Source: Lama guanicoe
Lineage: Eukaryota
Direction: 5' to 3'
Length of the DNA stretch: 64,000 nt
Assembly: GCA_013239625.1 (NCBI GenBank)
Contig: MU053083.1
Coordinates: forward strand, 62,001 to 126,000
The position numbers were made by a program, and so were the translations under genes. This document shows positions 1-13,695 of the stretch, piece by piece. The first letter of the stretch is position 1; every line of letters starts with the position of its first letter. The notes below the pieces were generated by a model. The model searched no databases and had not been told where the DNA came from. It was given only the letters and a program-made list of their open reading frames with translations.

Positions 1-1142
1 CAGTGGCTAAGAAATATGTCCATGATCACATACATAAAGCACTGTGATTAATGCACCATCCAGGAAGGCGGGCTCGTCCACCAGCACCTGGCTCCTGGCT
101 CCCCCTTATGTGTGTTAGGCCTGTGGAGTCATCTGTGCCCCTCTTCCTTGTGTCCTGGAGGAATCACGAAGCCAATTCCATTTAACCAGAACAAGTGTGT
201 TGGGGGGATGCTGCTTGAATATGCACTATTTATATTTTAGGGGAAAAATCATCATAAATCTTCACTTCGTCTCTTCTTCACTTCAGTAAAGCTCAGTGGT
301 ACTTTCTGAAAAATTGCCATTCCTCCCCCAACTTCTATCCACCTGCCCCTTATGGACTGAATAGCAGAGGGTTGAGAACTAGATGGAGGCTTGAGAAATT
401 GCTTGGTTCTCCTTCCTGTTCAATCATGATTAAACAGACACATGCTTACTTGCCTTGTTATTTAAAAAGGCCCCAGGAAAGACAATCATAGAACTTATTT
501 TGGAGGGAATAACTGTTTCTCTCAGCTCTAACCGCCTTTAGCTCTGCCCCCACCTCCCACCCCGAGCCCTGCGCTCATTTCCTTGGACCAGAGTCTGACA
601 CGAGGCTCTTGACCATGCTGTGCGTCGCAGTCATGTGGGAATGTTTCAGAAAGCAGAACCCCCTCCCCACCCCAGACTTGTACATCTGCCTTTGTCAGTG
701 TTTCCCAGTGATTTTTAAATGCATCCTGCCTTGCAGCTCTTCCCTGGAGGCAAGTGCTGGTCGCTGGTAAACTGGCCCCATGGTCGTATGTGGGCGGTGC
801 CTGGACTGACTAGATTTTCCGCTGTCCTTACTTCATGTCCCAGCTCCAGCTCAGAGCCAGTGGGGAAGGATTTTATCTCCCTTTCTCCGCAGCAAAGCTT
901 AGGACCTGCAGACCCAGGGCTACCTCTGAATGTGAGCCTGGGAGGCCCAGGACATAAGGAAGGGATAAAGGGGGAAGGCAGATATGGGGTGTCCATGGTG
1001 GGTGAGCGCCCTGCCACTTCTGCATGGGAACTTACCCATGAGTATCAGTGCGGAAGTAATGATGACAAATCTGACGTTTGTGAATTACTTTGTGAAGACC
1101 ACCCCCCACAAACCTCATGTCATTTGTTCATCACGTTGACTT

Positions 1143-2345
1143 TTTAAGTTGAGATATGATTCAGGTCCTATAAAATTATCGTTTTAAAGTATGCAATTTG
1201 GTGATGTTCATTATTTTCAGTGGTGCAGCCATCACTGCTATCTAATTCAGAGTATTTTAATTACCCCCCAAAGAAACCCTGTACCCATTAGTAGTCACTA
1301 CGCCTTTCGCCATCCGTCTGGCCCTGGCAAGCACCAGTCTACTTTCTTTATGTAAATTTGCCTATTCTGGATATTTCATATTAATGGAAGCATGTAATAA
1401 GTGGCCTTTGTGTCTGGCTTTTTTCACTTAGGATGATGTTTTCAGGGTTCATCCATGTTGGTAGCAGATATTTATCAGAACTTTATTCCTTTATGTTGCT
1501 GAACACTATTTTACTGTAAGGATATACTGCATTTTATTTTATCCACTCATCAGCTGATGGACATTTGGGTTATTCCCACTTCCTAACAAGTATGAACAAT
1601 GCTTCTATGAATACTCGTGCACATGTTTTTGTGTGCACATGTATTTTTGTTTCTCTTGGCTGTTTACCTAGGAGTGGGGTTGCTGGGTTATATGGTAGCT
1701 CTTTACTCTTGAGAAGCTGCCACTGTTTTTCACCACGGCTACACCATTTTTCATTCTTGGCAGCAATGGATGGGGCTTCCCATTTACATACATTCTTACC
1801 AGCACTTGTTGTCTTTTTTTGTAGCCATCCTGGTGGATGTCAGATGCCATCCCATTGTGATTTTGATTTTCAGTTCCCTGATGGTTAATGAAGTTGAGCA
1901 TCTTTCCATGTGTTTATTGGCCATTCATATATCTTGTTTGGAGAAATGTGTATTCAGATCATTTGCCCATTTTTTAATTGGGTTATTTGTCTTTTTGGTT
2001 TGGTTTGTAGGAGTTCTTTACATAACAAGATAATAGATGCTTATCAGTTACATGACTGGCAAATATTTTCTCCCCTTCTGTGGACTGTCTTTTCACTTTC
2101 TTGATGGTGTCCTTAGAAGCGTAAAAGCTTAGTTTAGACGAAGTCCAGTGTATCTGTCTTCCTTTGGTTGATTGTCCAATCCAAGATCACAAAGATTTAT
2201 ACCTATGTTTTCTTCTAAGAGTTTAGTAGTTTTAGTAATCCATTTCAGTTGATTTATGTGTGCAATGTGAAGTGGAGGTCCAGCCTCACTCTTCTGCATA
2301 CAGATTCCAGTTGTCCCAGCACCATTTGTTGAAAAGATCATGTTG
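1143..2345 (-). mobile_element. Old 5'-truncated LINE-1 (L1M-type): 3' UTR plus decayed ORF2 C-terminus
   Basis: Typical antisense L1 text (gttgagcatctttccatgtgtttattggccattcatatatcttgtttggagaaatg; cccagcaccatttgttgaaaaga); minus-strand ORFs 1668-1901 and 2129-2386 give L1-like peptides. Confidence 0.9.
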
Positions 2346-4167
2346 ACTCTTTTAAGGTAGACAAGATAAGGGTTTATCACATCCATTTTAGGATGACAAA
2401 ATAAGTCCCATCAGAGTTAAGTGATCAGATTAACCCTCCCAGACAGAAAGGGGTGGAGCCCTCCTGCCAGGTGCCTATAGGTTAAGGACGCCTTCACTTA
2501 TGAGTCTTCTACAGAGTGCCTTCTCCTCTCTGATTCTGGCCTCTTGTGTCCCTTTGAAAAGTGTGTCCATTCTTGATACAGTTCCAAAGAAAACTTCTGT
2601 CTCCAACATCATTTATTTCTCTTCTGGTTTGTTTCTTCAAAAGGGATAAGAGAAGAGTATGGTGCTTGGTGGCCATAAGAAAAACCGTTCCCACAGCTCA
2701 GTATCCAGAGAGAGTCCATTGGTCCTGGTTAGTGGGCACCACAGCTGGGCTAAACACCTCTGCCCCGCAAACTCACAGAGTTTGTCCAAACCAGCCAGTC
2801 TCCGCATGAGGAAACCCGGCCGGGAGAAGGGAGGCGGAGCGCTGCCGGCCCGGCAGGTCCAGCCCATCTGTTCACACTGGCCCAGTGGGGCTGCTCAGGC
2901 AGGCGTGTTCGTGGGTTGTTCCCACAGCTAGACGTTAAATCCAGGACTGGGCTCCAGATGGGAACTCAGTCAAGCAGGATACCACCCTGCTGTGTGTGCT
3001 CCACCATCCACAGAAGTGTAACCGCCACCTACGTCTTGAGGCCTGAGGGGCTTGTGACGGGGGAGCATCTTTCCCGACGGGCGGGCTCTGCTGAGCTCTT
3101 GCCCTGGTTCGTCTCCTTCGAGCCTTGCCTGCTGCCTCTGCAGCCCCTGTTCTTGCCGAGAGCGATCCCAGGTCCTGGCCTTCCCCGCACAGCGGGGCCT
3201 ACTCTGCCCGCCTGGCACACCTGCCCCCCAGCAGGCCAGGGGCACATAGCAGGAGGCAGGCCTTTATTCTAGAGGAACCGTCATATCGAAGTCCAGCGAG
3301 TCTGAATCCAGGGAGAGCAGGGCTGAGCGAGAATTCTGTCCTTGAGGTCCCCACAACTCTGTATCGCCCAGCCTTAGGGCCACACTTGGGGCCCAGTAAT
3401 AGACTTAGGATGGGCCCTTCTCCCACCGCTAGTATGAAATGGAACGGAAGCACAGCCAGGCCCAGGGTTGGTTAAAAAGACATCTCCAGGCCAGCGAGCC
3501 ACAGAGCCACATGTGGGAGAGGATGCCTCCAGGCCGCCTGATGGGGATGGGAGGGGGGAAGGAAGTAATGGAGTCACACGGCAGAGGCAGGTGGCAGTCA
3601 TGATGTCGTGGTCAGTGTTCTTAAGGTTTCTTGGCCTAGAACTGTGTTCTGTGATGAAGATTTTTGCGATGAATGGGGTGGAGGGTGATAGCCCAGAGGT
3701 GCCCTGCGTCCTGTGTCAGGGAGGAGACTGTCCCACAGGCTGATGAAGCGTCCTGCCCCAGAGCCAGCTGTGCCCTCCTTGAGAAACTCTGGTAGAAAAG
3801 TTTAACGCTGGGCTTCCAATCATTTTGCCAGTCAGGAAAAGACTGGTTTTTTAAAAATAAGCGACTGTGTATAAAGATACTGAAGGTGCTGGGAGGTTTA
3901 AAAACGTATCAGAAAATATAGCAGCCTGGGGGAAGGAGGCTCACATCTGGCAGAGAAGCTAACACATGTATAAAAAATATCCTTAAAATGAGGCAGAAAT
4001 CTCTGTGTTCCACATGGGACAGGAGTACGTAAAATGCTGTGAGAGAGAGCTTCCAAGGTGGTGACGAAGCCCAGAGGAAATCCTGGGTGCCTGTGGGGGT
4101 AGTGAGTGATCTCTCCTGCCTTTTACATGGTCACAAAAACTTCCATCCAGATCCTCCATCCTTTTGA

Positions 4168-4301
4168 GGGGGGAGGGTATATAGCTCAAGGGGCAGAGTG
4201 CATGCTTAGCATGCAATAGGTCCTGGGCTCAATACTCAGTGCCTCCTCTAAAATAAACAAATAAACCTAATTCCACCCCCCCCCCCAATTTTTAAAAAAA
4301 A
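4168..4301 (+). mobile_element. tRNA-derived SINE, camelid Vic-1-like
   Basis: gggagggtatatagctcaaggggcagagtgcatgcttagcatgca...gtcctgggctcaat head with A/B boxes, AT/C-rich tail, A-run; possible TSD tccttttg. Confidence 0.85.
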
Positions 4302-5769
4302 TCTCCTTTTGGAAAAAATCACATACTCTGTTTAGCTTCACTTGGAAAGTTTTCTTACAGATGGGAGAACCTTTCCCATGAGGATTTAACTCACAGAGCA
4401 CAGAGGTCCACAGAAAAGGGAACCCACATTGGATCTGGGTCCTTCGGTGAAGGATACCTGCACATGCCCAGACCCTACCAAGGTGCCCAGTGAGGGAGGG
4501 GCCGCCCAGGCCCTTCTCTGGGGACAGGATGCTTCCTGCAGCCTCCTCCCCTGTAGGTTTCACCTGGGTGCAGGTGTCTGAGGAAGCCTTTGCTTTCTAA
4601 GAAAAGGGGCAGGGCTTGGGCAGGGCGGGAGAGTAACTCAGATCTTTAGGAAGTGTTGCAGCTTTCCCAACACTCCACATCCGTGAGCTCACTGACTGCG
4701 GAAGCGTTGGGAGGTGCTCGTGAGGTGGGTGATGTCCTTTCCATTTTGCAGACGGGGAGGTGAGGTGGCCAGGCTGTGACTGGCCTAAGATCACACGGCT
4801 GGCCAGCGTCAGAGTGGCCTTCTCTGCCTCCCTGCTCCAGGCTTGTTCTCTGCTGGCCTTGATGCCTTTGCGGTCACATCTCCTACTCCCTGGTAACGTC
4901 CTCGAGCCTGTAACCTCCCTGGGTTATGGAACTGTCAGCAGTTAAGAGGTTTTCAAATTAGAAGCATTTAAGGTTTTCAGCCCTGTGAAATGCTGCTCTA
5001 ATTATTTCCCCTAGAGAAATTGCAAGCTCCTAGGGAGAAACAAGGCAGGCGAGCACACAATTAACTGAAATGCAGAATGTGGACAGGAAGTGGCGAGCCA
5101 CTTTCAAGAGAGAATCCACACCCCACCGGGTGGGCAGGGCAGATTGCATTACAGGGGTGAAACACTGATGGTGGGTGTGGGGAGTCGGGACACTTCTCAT
5201 TCTTACTGATTTTTGCCCAAATCCATCTTACCAGACGTGGAAGGATCCGCAGACAGAGGGTCTATATTTAAAACTTGTGGGCTGAGGCAGTAAGAGCCTG
5301 GAAAAAAGTCAACGGCCTTTGCACGTGTTAAAAATAAAACCCACATCTGATTGGCAGCTTATCCACCTAGCTCTCTGTTCCTGGGCTGCCAGTATTACGT
5401 CTGTCAGGGCTCAGGAGTTTTCTTGACATTTCTGATTGAAATAATTGAAGCAGCATTTAGCTGGGCAAATAATCTGAACAGTTTCCATTTTTAAAGCCTG
5501 TTAGATTAGGCCAGTAATTAGGTTTGGTTCACGGTCCCCAAGGACACAGGGGCAGGAACCCCTTCCGAGGCCCTAAAACAGAGGGCTCTGGGGCTCCAGG
5601 ACCCTCTGCACCCCCTCCTGAAAGGAACCACACACATTGTGAGCCTGTCGAGCAGAGTCACGCACACACCCAGGTCTGAGCAGAGTAGATGCTGTCATTC
5701 CCCTGAGCCGGTGCGTTTGTGACAGACACAACCCACTGGAAAAGGCAAGAGACTTACGAAGCGTGAAAA

Positions 5770-5980
5770 CAAAGTAGACTAGTGGTTGCCAGGGTCCGGG
5801 GGGAGGGGAGAACGGAAGTGACTGACGGTGGGGTTTCTTTGGAGGGTGATGAAAATGTTCTGAAACTCAATATTGGGGATAGTTGCCCAACTTTGCGAAA
5901 GTGCTAAAAGCTATTGAATTGTATACTGTAAGAGGGTACATTTTCACAGGGTGTGAGTTCTATCTCAGTAAAGCTGTTAC
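5770..5980 (+). mobile_element. L1M 3'-end fragment
   Basis: agtagactagtggttgccaggg...ggtttctttggagggtgatgaaaatgttctgaaac...gaattgtatact...tatctcagtaaagctgtt is the characteristic old L1 3' UTR terminus. Confidence 0.85.
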
Positions 5981-7544
5981 TAAGTTAGCACAAGCGATTT
6001 TATGTAGAGAAAAAAGTAAGATGGAGTAAGAGCCACTTTGTTACTCGCACCTTCTCTGAGCCCCATAGCTGTGTTAGGCGTCTTCCACGAAGCCAGCATG
6101 GTGTTTACGGAGGCAGATAGGGAGGCAGGGAGGTCCCCTGGTTTTCCTTCTCATCCCAGGGAGCACAGGGGCGTGGCCTGGGACGGAAAGGGGAACCCCA
6201 GGACCACATGTGACTGTCGGGGGCGAGGAGAGGAGTTCTAGAGCCCGCTTCCCAGCACATTGGTCCACCACCCACAGTGGTACCTGGTATTCCACGGTTC
6301 TTGTTTCTTTGGATAAAATTTCTAAAGGACCCCTTTTAAAAGTAAATGTTCTCCAGGAGAAGAGATGCAGTCCACTTATTCCTCACTGATACTTCAGAAT
6401 GAGGGAGATGATCTGCATAACTGGACAGTCACTCAGCAAGGCCACAGGTGATGGTAAATAGTAATGGACAGTCTCAAGGCAGCACCTCAGTGGTTTCCAA
6501 ATGGGCGACGTGGACAGCACGTGTCCCTGAAGACAGAGTGTGCATTGCATCTCCTGATGCCTCGAAGACATGGAATGATTGGGGATGCATGGGCTGAATC
6601 CACCTTCAGAGGGACTTACACGGGAAGTTCAGAGTCTCCTTAGGGTGACATTGTACCGCAACAGAATATGAGATTCCTTGAGGGGGTTGTGAGCGTCCCC
6701 TGAAAACAGAGATGAGAGGCCAGAAGGGTCAGAGTATGAGTGTCTTTGTGAAAGGAGGCAGCTTTCCCAAGAAGGGGGCAGAGCCAGCCTAGAAAATCTT
6801 TGCTCATTGAAAAGACTGCATCTGTTTAAAGAGGTCTCCTCAGAGACCAAGGGATAAACTGAAATCTCTCTTAATGATTTCCTTCCAGAACAAAGTGGAA
6901 CAGCACTTACTTACAAGGCAGTGAGTTTACAAGTGCTCTTTATTTTCGGGGCACTGCTGGACCTTTCCTTTACAGTGGGCCTTCATGACCCTCATGATCA
7001 GGGGTGGGCGGGATTATAAGCAAAATCTACTTTGGGGAGAAAGTACTTCTGAACTATACAACATGTGTGAACAGCGGTATCTCCAGGATATGGCCTCTTT
7101 TTATTTGCCCATGTATACTTTTCTGCATTTAAAAAAAAAAGTTTTCAGTGAGCTGTTTCAGTTTTCTAAGAAAATCCACATTTAAAAACCCAGCTGCGTT
7201 GCGGGTAAGGTCCCTTACTTGAGCAGCAGTGGACAGAGCTCCACACTTTGGGGCAGAAACCCCCTGTGAGCCATTCTGCCACTGATCAGTCCTCCCAGGG
7301 GAGCCTCCAAAACTTTTCTTTTTTCCTTAGGTCTTCCAGCCACAATTCTGAAATAAAACTACACACTGCAGTTCTCAGAGGGCATTGAGGGAGCACAGAC
7401 ATGCCCCGGAACGTATTTTGCTGCTCTGAGAAAGGGCTTTGTGCTAGAAATACTGACCCCAGGGGGCACTGTCTGAGATCACCCGTGGCCCTGGGGTGGC
7501 CGAGAGGCTGGGCATGTCCCCTGACGCACGCGTCTTCCCTCCAG

Positions 7545-7656
7545 GTGGGCCTACCATGACTTCTTCAACCGGTATCGGGTGCTCATCAAGAAGAGAGAGC
7601 TCGCTGGCGCAGACAAGAAGGCCGCCTGCAGGTCTGTGCTGGAGAGCCTCGTCAAG
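7545..7656 (+). CDS. MYO5B: MYO5B exon ~18 (motor domain C-terminus), 112 nt
   Basis: cttccctccag|G TGG GCC TAC ... GTC AAG|gtgagc; encodes (R)[37 protein letters not shown]. Confidence 0.96.
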
Positions 7657-9699
7657 GTGAGCTGGGTCTGTCCACGGCTGCCAGGCTGCAGGGATGCTCA
7701 GCCGCCATGCCCTGAGGATTGGGGAGGTGGGGGTGGTTAACTGCCTTTCTGGTCTTCCTCTTACTGACACTGTTACTGAGATGTTAATCCATTTTCCCAC
7801 ACCAGCGACTGTAAAGGAAAAGCCCCTGCACTGTTTTAGAGAACTAGCCTTTCCCACATCTCAGCTCACATAGAAAATGGAATTGTTTGTGCAGCCCACC
7901 GGGGGCGTGGCGAGGCCACTCCTGGCTACGAGCCACTGGCCGGGATCTCTGGCTTCTCCAAAGCCTCAGGCTATAGCGCTCAGCCCACCTGCCAGCACCC
8001 AGTACACCACCTAGGGCCCCTGATCTGGAGCCCAGGCACAGCCTTGGAGGGGAGGATATCTGCCCTTCCTGTATCTTCCTCTCTAGGCCCGCCCCCAGAT
8101 GCTAGTTGTAAATGAGACAGTGGATTTCATTTTAATTGAAACAGTCTGAACTCACAGCTGACGTCTGAGACTGGGGAACTATGAACGCAGAGTTCTTGGT
8201 GGGGGGGAGTTTGTTGAGGGGCAGATCCTTACATATTTCTTAGTTTCAGAGTATTTAGGGATTACGGTGGGGTATGATACCTGATGATCTCAATAAAGGA
8301 TTCAATTATATCAAAAATCTTTCCTTTAAGCAAGTAAGAGAATTACATCAAAGATTTGTAATTTTCAAGTACTGTTTTGCTAGGAAAATCTATTCGTCTG
8401 GAGTGTAGCTCACTGCCAGATGATCAGCTTTTCAGGTCATGTGTTACTTTGTGAAAGTGATACAGTCACCCTCTGAGCGTTGTCTCAGCTGCTCAAGTCT
8501 GTTGCTGTAGACAGTGCAGGGAGCTGTGCTAAGTATTCAGTCGAGAGTAAGAGGGTGACGGTCTCCTTAACTGTGAAGGTTGCGATTGGTTATTTGGACT
8601 CTGGTTAATTGCAGTTTTCGCTGTGGTGCGTCTTTCGGTCTCTGCGTTTCAACAGCTCCCTTTTCACGGGTGAGAAAATCTCTGTGCACAGTCAGCCGAT
8701 TCCGGTCGACGTGGAGCGTCCAGAGGCTTTCTCCTTATTGGTACCGGAGCTGGCTCTTACTGTGGTCAAGGCTCGCATGTAGCCCGCCCAGCCATGGGGC
8801 TGTCTTCTCCTTTGTCCAGGCCCTAGTTCTACTCTTCCTTTCCTCTCCCTTCCCTGGATTTCCCCAGGCTCTCAGCAGAACCCCTGCTTCCCAGACAGAG
8901 GGTACCCTGGAGGGGCCCAGGTTAGACTGGCTGACTCCGCCTCCCCCACTCCACTCCCCACCCGCTAACAGGACAGGGTGCCGCTGCCCCGGGGGCTCTC
9001 CTGGGTGCACTCAGGCCACAGGGCCTTGCCTGGCTCAGCTGCCTCCCCTCTCCCTGGTGAGGCGCCCACCTGCTTATCAGCGCCCGGCTTACCTGCTGGC
9101 TCTGCCCCCTGCTTTCCTCAATCCAGCACTCAGCTCCAGTACTTTGTGTCGCTCTCTGAGCCCGTAGCGTGCTGTCCTGTGCTCCAGGTGTGTCTCCTCT
9201 CGTGCAGAGGACAGTCCCCTCGTTACAAGCACTAGGGCTGACACATAGAAGTAACTCACCAAATCCTTGTGGAATGAGTGAATGAGTAAGTGAATTGCCT
9301 TAAAAAAGTCTATGGATACGAGCTGTTTCTTCTGCCTGAAATGCTTTTTCCCTTTTTCACCTGTCTGGCTGGCTGGGTTCTGCTTTCCTTCTAGACTGAG
9401 CTCTAAAATGCTTTCTGTCTGGTCTGTGAAGCCTGTTCCTGGCCTCCCCGCTGGAGTTAGTCATTGGCCAGTGTTCAGCTTCTGTCTTCCATTATTGCCT
9501 TCCTCCCTTTGTATGGTAATTGAGGGTTTATCATCCCACCAGACTGTAAACAAGTAAATGACAAGAATCCTAGTGTCACTGTGTTCCTAGCACAGTTACT
9601 GGTCGACACAGGAGCTCTGAGTTGGCACAGGTAGCTACGTAGGTGACAGATGAACTTGTCCTGATGAAACCTGCCACCAGTGGCTCACTTAATGACTAT

Positions 9700-9900
9700 G
9701 AAGCACTTGGTAGGAGTCAGACACTCTTCTAACTGCTTCTTTACACACTTCATCTCATCCTTGCATCGCCAATGAGAGAAATACGAACATGATCCCCATT
9801 TTACAGATGAGGAAACTGAGGCACAGAAAGCTGATACAAGTTGCCCAAGGTGCAGAGGTAGACTGACTCAGAAACCCCCACAGTCTAAACCACACTGCCC
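9700..9900 (-). mobile_element. MIR SINE
   Basis: MIR core in antisense: ccccattttacagatgaggaaactgaggcacaga...ttgcccaagg. Confidence 0.85.
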
Positions 9901-10651
9901 ACTTAGCCAGTCTGATTAATGAATGTCACTGTGCACGGTTATCCTTCCGAGAGATGGAATAGGGATCAGTGCCTCAAGACTTCCCTGGAGAGCTTGTATT
10001 TCCTCCTTTTTGACTTTTGCCCTTGGTGGTGGTGGTGGTGGAGAGGGGGCAATCTAGTCACCAGTGCTCCTAGTGCTCATGCTAAATGACCTGGAACTTG
10101 AAGCAGCTGAGACTTGGCAAAGCCACACGTTAGCTTAGGCAGGCACACGCCAGCTCCTGCCCTGCCTAAGGAAGTGCTAAGTACGGCTTGCAACAGAGCG
10201 ATGAAGAGAGAAGCAGTGACGAGGGTGGCATGTAGGCCAGGCAATAGGCACCTCATGGCCACGTTCATTGGGAGGCAGCCAGGGGGCTGTGTCAGGTTAT
10301 GCATGAGTGATAGTCTCCAACAGCAAGGATCGGAGGAATGCCTTCCTCCTTAGCCTGAGTTTGTCTTTTTCTTTAACTTCACAAACGCATGTTGAGTTCT
10401 TCCTTGTACTCTAACCTGGAGTGGTCCGTGCGAGGATTATAAAAGAGCGTCACCAGGGAGCCCTGCCCTCTGGACGACCAGTTACCTAGTGTGATGAGAT
10501 AGACATCACGGGAGGGAATCATACGGAGCCTGGTCGTCACGCAAACCTGAACTTTATCCTGACAGTGAGGGGGCTATTAACAAGCATCCACTGGGAACCG
10601 TGTAGGTAGAAGTGCGGAAAGGAGACGGTATTACAGGAGGGCATGGTGTAG

Positions 10652-11033
10652 GAAGAGACCTCTCAGGTCGCTCTGAGGGCCTGCTCTGAAGAGGTAGGGA
10701 AGGAGCCAGGATATATAGGAGCTTTACAACAAAGACCAGGTAGTCGGAACATTAAAGATTACTGTTAAAGAAAGCCAGACATCTCAAGTTAAAGAATTTA
10801 GTGCTTTTTTGTGTATGGAAAGGAGCAAATGTTTGGGCTCATTGAAATCATTTCTTGACAAGCAGCTAGCGAGCTAGGGCCAGGGTCCTGTCCTTTCACA
10901 CTCTGAGTCCCCTCAAGCTGCAGAGGCCGGGCTGCCTGCCTGTCTTCACCGAGGGGTGGTGGCAGCAGCTGACGACTTGATGGCCTCAGCATTCTTTGTT
11001 TACTGATGTGGCTTGCATTATTTTTCATTCACA
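10652..11033 (-). mobile_element. ERV1-class LTR (MER41-like)
   Basis: ggagccaggatatatagga...catctcaagttaaagaatttagtgctt...gggctcattgaaatcatt...tttgtttactgat...ttttcattcaca; the minus strand starts TGTGAATG. Left boundary approximate, family from memory. Confidence 0.7.
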
Positions 11034-11994
11034 CTTGCTAAGCTTCCTTTCTACTCCCTGGGTCTCTGATTATTGGAGCGAGGTTCTCAAAGGAGGACCT
11101 CTCATTGGTATATGAAAAGGAGAGTCAGTTCTCAGGGTTACAGAAAGCAGGCGTTGCGCAGGGGAAGTGCTCAAGACACGTGGGGTAAGGTTGCAGCCAT
11201 CAGGCGGGTGGTGACAGTTGTAGCAGGTGGGACCTTCAGAGAAACACTTATTTGTAAAAAAAAAAAAAAATAGTGGCTTTGCAGACCAGATTGCCTTTTT
11301 CCTGGTATTTTTTTCCAGAACAGGAAGTGGAACCTGTGTACTATGGTTCCTGGGATGCAGCAGGCCCCTCCAGGCCCTGGCTCTGCTGACGCCCTAGCAG
11401 CCAGGCTTGTCCCCGACTGTGAGGGCTGAGCCACCGCCTTTTGCTTCCCAACCCCTTTCCTTCCCCAGCAGGATAGTGGTGAGGGCAAGGCCTCGGCTGC
11501 CTCGAAGCTCCTCTCCCAAGTCTGGCCCCTGTGCCTTCCCGCGTGAGCTGGGGGCCCTGAGCAGACGCAGAGATGAGAACCAGGCAGCCTGGCCGGGGAG
11601 GGGGCAGTCAGCGGCAGTCTAGCCAGACGCCGTGTCCCGGCTCAGCCACGGCTCGGGCAGCCTGTCTTCCCTGTAGACAGAACTAGGTTCCCGTTAGCCA
11701 TGTGGGGCTCAGCCGTGAAGAGTGGTGACTCAGCGTTATCTCGGAGCCACTTGTCAGCGTGAAACATGTTCTTGTGTTTTCTTCAGACCTTGGCTCATTA
11801 TCTCCTCCTTATTATGGTCTTCATGCCAAGTGGGCAGTTAGATGAAGTTTATTTACAGAGAGCGCTCGGTTCCTGTGGGCTCCCTAAGGCGTGTTCTGTC
11901 CCAGGCTTGTCCACACGCACGCTGCTGGTCGTCTTCCCTCACCCACCAGAGCGAGCGCAGGGAAGGGCAACTGATTTTTACCTAAATATATTCA

Positions 11995-12126
11995 GGGAAG
12001 GGTATAGCTCAGTGGTAGAGTGTGTGCTTAGCATGCATGAGATCCTGGGGTTCAATCCCCAGTACCTCCACTTAAAAAATTAATAAATAAATTTAATTAC
12101 CTGCCCCCTCACCAAAAAAAAAAAAA
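11995..12126 (+). mobile_element. tRNA-derived SINE, camelid Vic-1-like
   Basis: gggaagggtatagctcagtggtagagtgtgtgcttagcatgcatgagatcctggggttcaatccccagtacctcc, A-tail; flanking repeat acctaaata at 11980-11988 and 12130-12138. Confidence 0.9.
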
Positions 12127-12239
12127 TTAACCTAAATAGATGTAATAAAAGACAGCAATGACATGTCTCAAAAAATCTCACAACTTAGAGACCAAATAAA
12201 TGTGTTTGGGGGTTATTTGCAACATATGCATAATTTCCC

Positions 12240-12545
12240 GTGCCTGCCTCCTTTCACCTCATTCAGGTCTCTGCTCAAATATCACCTCCCTGGAAATGCC
12301 TCCCTCGGTTAGCCTATTTAAACACTGGCATCCCATCCTCCAGCCAGCCCCCCGTTTACTGTCTTCATAATCCTCACCGCTCCCTGAAAACGTCCTGTGT
12401 CCCTGTTGGCTTGTCCGTCTCCCTCACCGTGATGTCAGCTGCTTGAGGGCAGGCCTCCTTCTCCCTGCTGCATCCCAGTGTCTGACCACTAGCAGGGGCG
12501 GACTCGGCGTCTGGCACATACTCACTCTCAGTGTTTGTTGAAGGA
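12240..12545 (+). mobile_element. L2 LINE 3' fragment
   Basis: cattcaggtctctgctcaaatatcacctcc...cttgagggcagg...tctggcacata...tgtttgttgaa L2 3'-end motifs. Confidence 0.7.
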
Positions 12546-12632
12546 GCAGGGGCATGTGAGCTCTGGCAAGGGAGTTGCGCGCCGGAGGAACTGGGGCGGT
12601 GGGGCACTTTCCCTTGCTGTCACGGATGATGA

Positions 12633-12872
<240 letters not shown>

Positions 12873-13600
12873 TGAGCCGAGCTGGGGCGCATCTAAGGTG
12901 GCAGATTGGTGGTGAGGGCGGGGGGCAGGGGCAGGACCGGCTCTGAGCTGGCTGGCCTCTCTCAGCCCCTGTAGTTAGAGTGGTTCCTGCTGCGTCCTGT
13001 CTGTGTCCAGCTTTCTCCCAGCTGCTGGGCCCATTTCTCTCACGCGCTTCTCACTTGGGCTGGTGAGTCTAGTTCTCAGGTCTCTTGACTTGCCTGGTCT
13101 GTGCCATCCCACCAGTGCTAGCCTCGGGCTGGCTGCTTTTGCCACAAAACCACCATTTTCCCTTTGTGTAAACTCCTAAGTAGAACAGTCTTCCTCCAGG
13201 AAAAGAGACAAATTCAGCCTTTCTGTCACAGTTAATGTATCCTCGGCTTCATGATTTACACCACTAGTTTCAGAATTCCTTGGGAGTTGGGTAATTAGGG
13301 CTGGAAAAGCCTGGGGAGCTTCCTTCTATGAGTTGTTGCACTCAGCCAGCACGGAGACGGTGAGACTTGTCTGACCGCAAGCAGCTACCTACAGGCTCCC
13401 AGCCCAGCACCACGCAGAGGACGCTGCTTTACCTGCCCCCTCCTAAGTGATGTCGTTGGGTTGATGGAGCACTGAAGCGGTATGAGTGTCTACAGTGAGA
13501 TGTATGCGGAGGACACCGGCCCCCGTTAAACCCACCACCGGGCCTTTACACAGGTCATCAGATTTGGGACCCAGCTCTGGTTCAAAGTCAGTGACTTCTG

Positions 13601-13695
13601 GGAGGTGGGGTGGGTATAGCTCAGTGGTCAGGCGCATGCTTAGCACGCTGGGTTAGATCCTGGGTTCAATCCTCAGTACCTCCATTAAAAAAAAA
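13601..13695 (+). mobile_element. tRNA-derived SINE, camelid Vic-1-like (short tail)
   Basis: gggtatagctcagtggtcaggcgcatgcttagcacg...atcctgggttcaatcctcagtacctccatt(a)n; degenerate TSD aaagtcagtgacttctg / aaaatcactgacctctg. Confidence 0.85.

Noticed and set aside
1565..2386. Overlapping ORFs with L1-like peptides
   Set aside because: Fragments of a decayed antisense L1; frames are broken.
8580..9167. 195-aa intronic ORF
   Set aside because: Non-ATG start, low-complexity Pro/Ser/Leu content, no recognisable homology.
11995..12070. tRNA-like sequence with A and B boxes (also at 4168 and 13601)
   Set aside because: Followed by SINE tail, A-run and target-site duplication, with divergence among copies: SINE heads, not tRNA genes.
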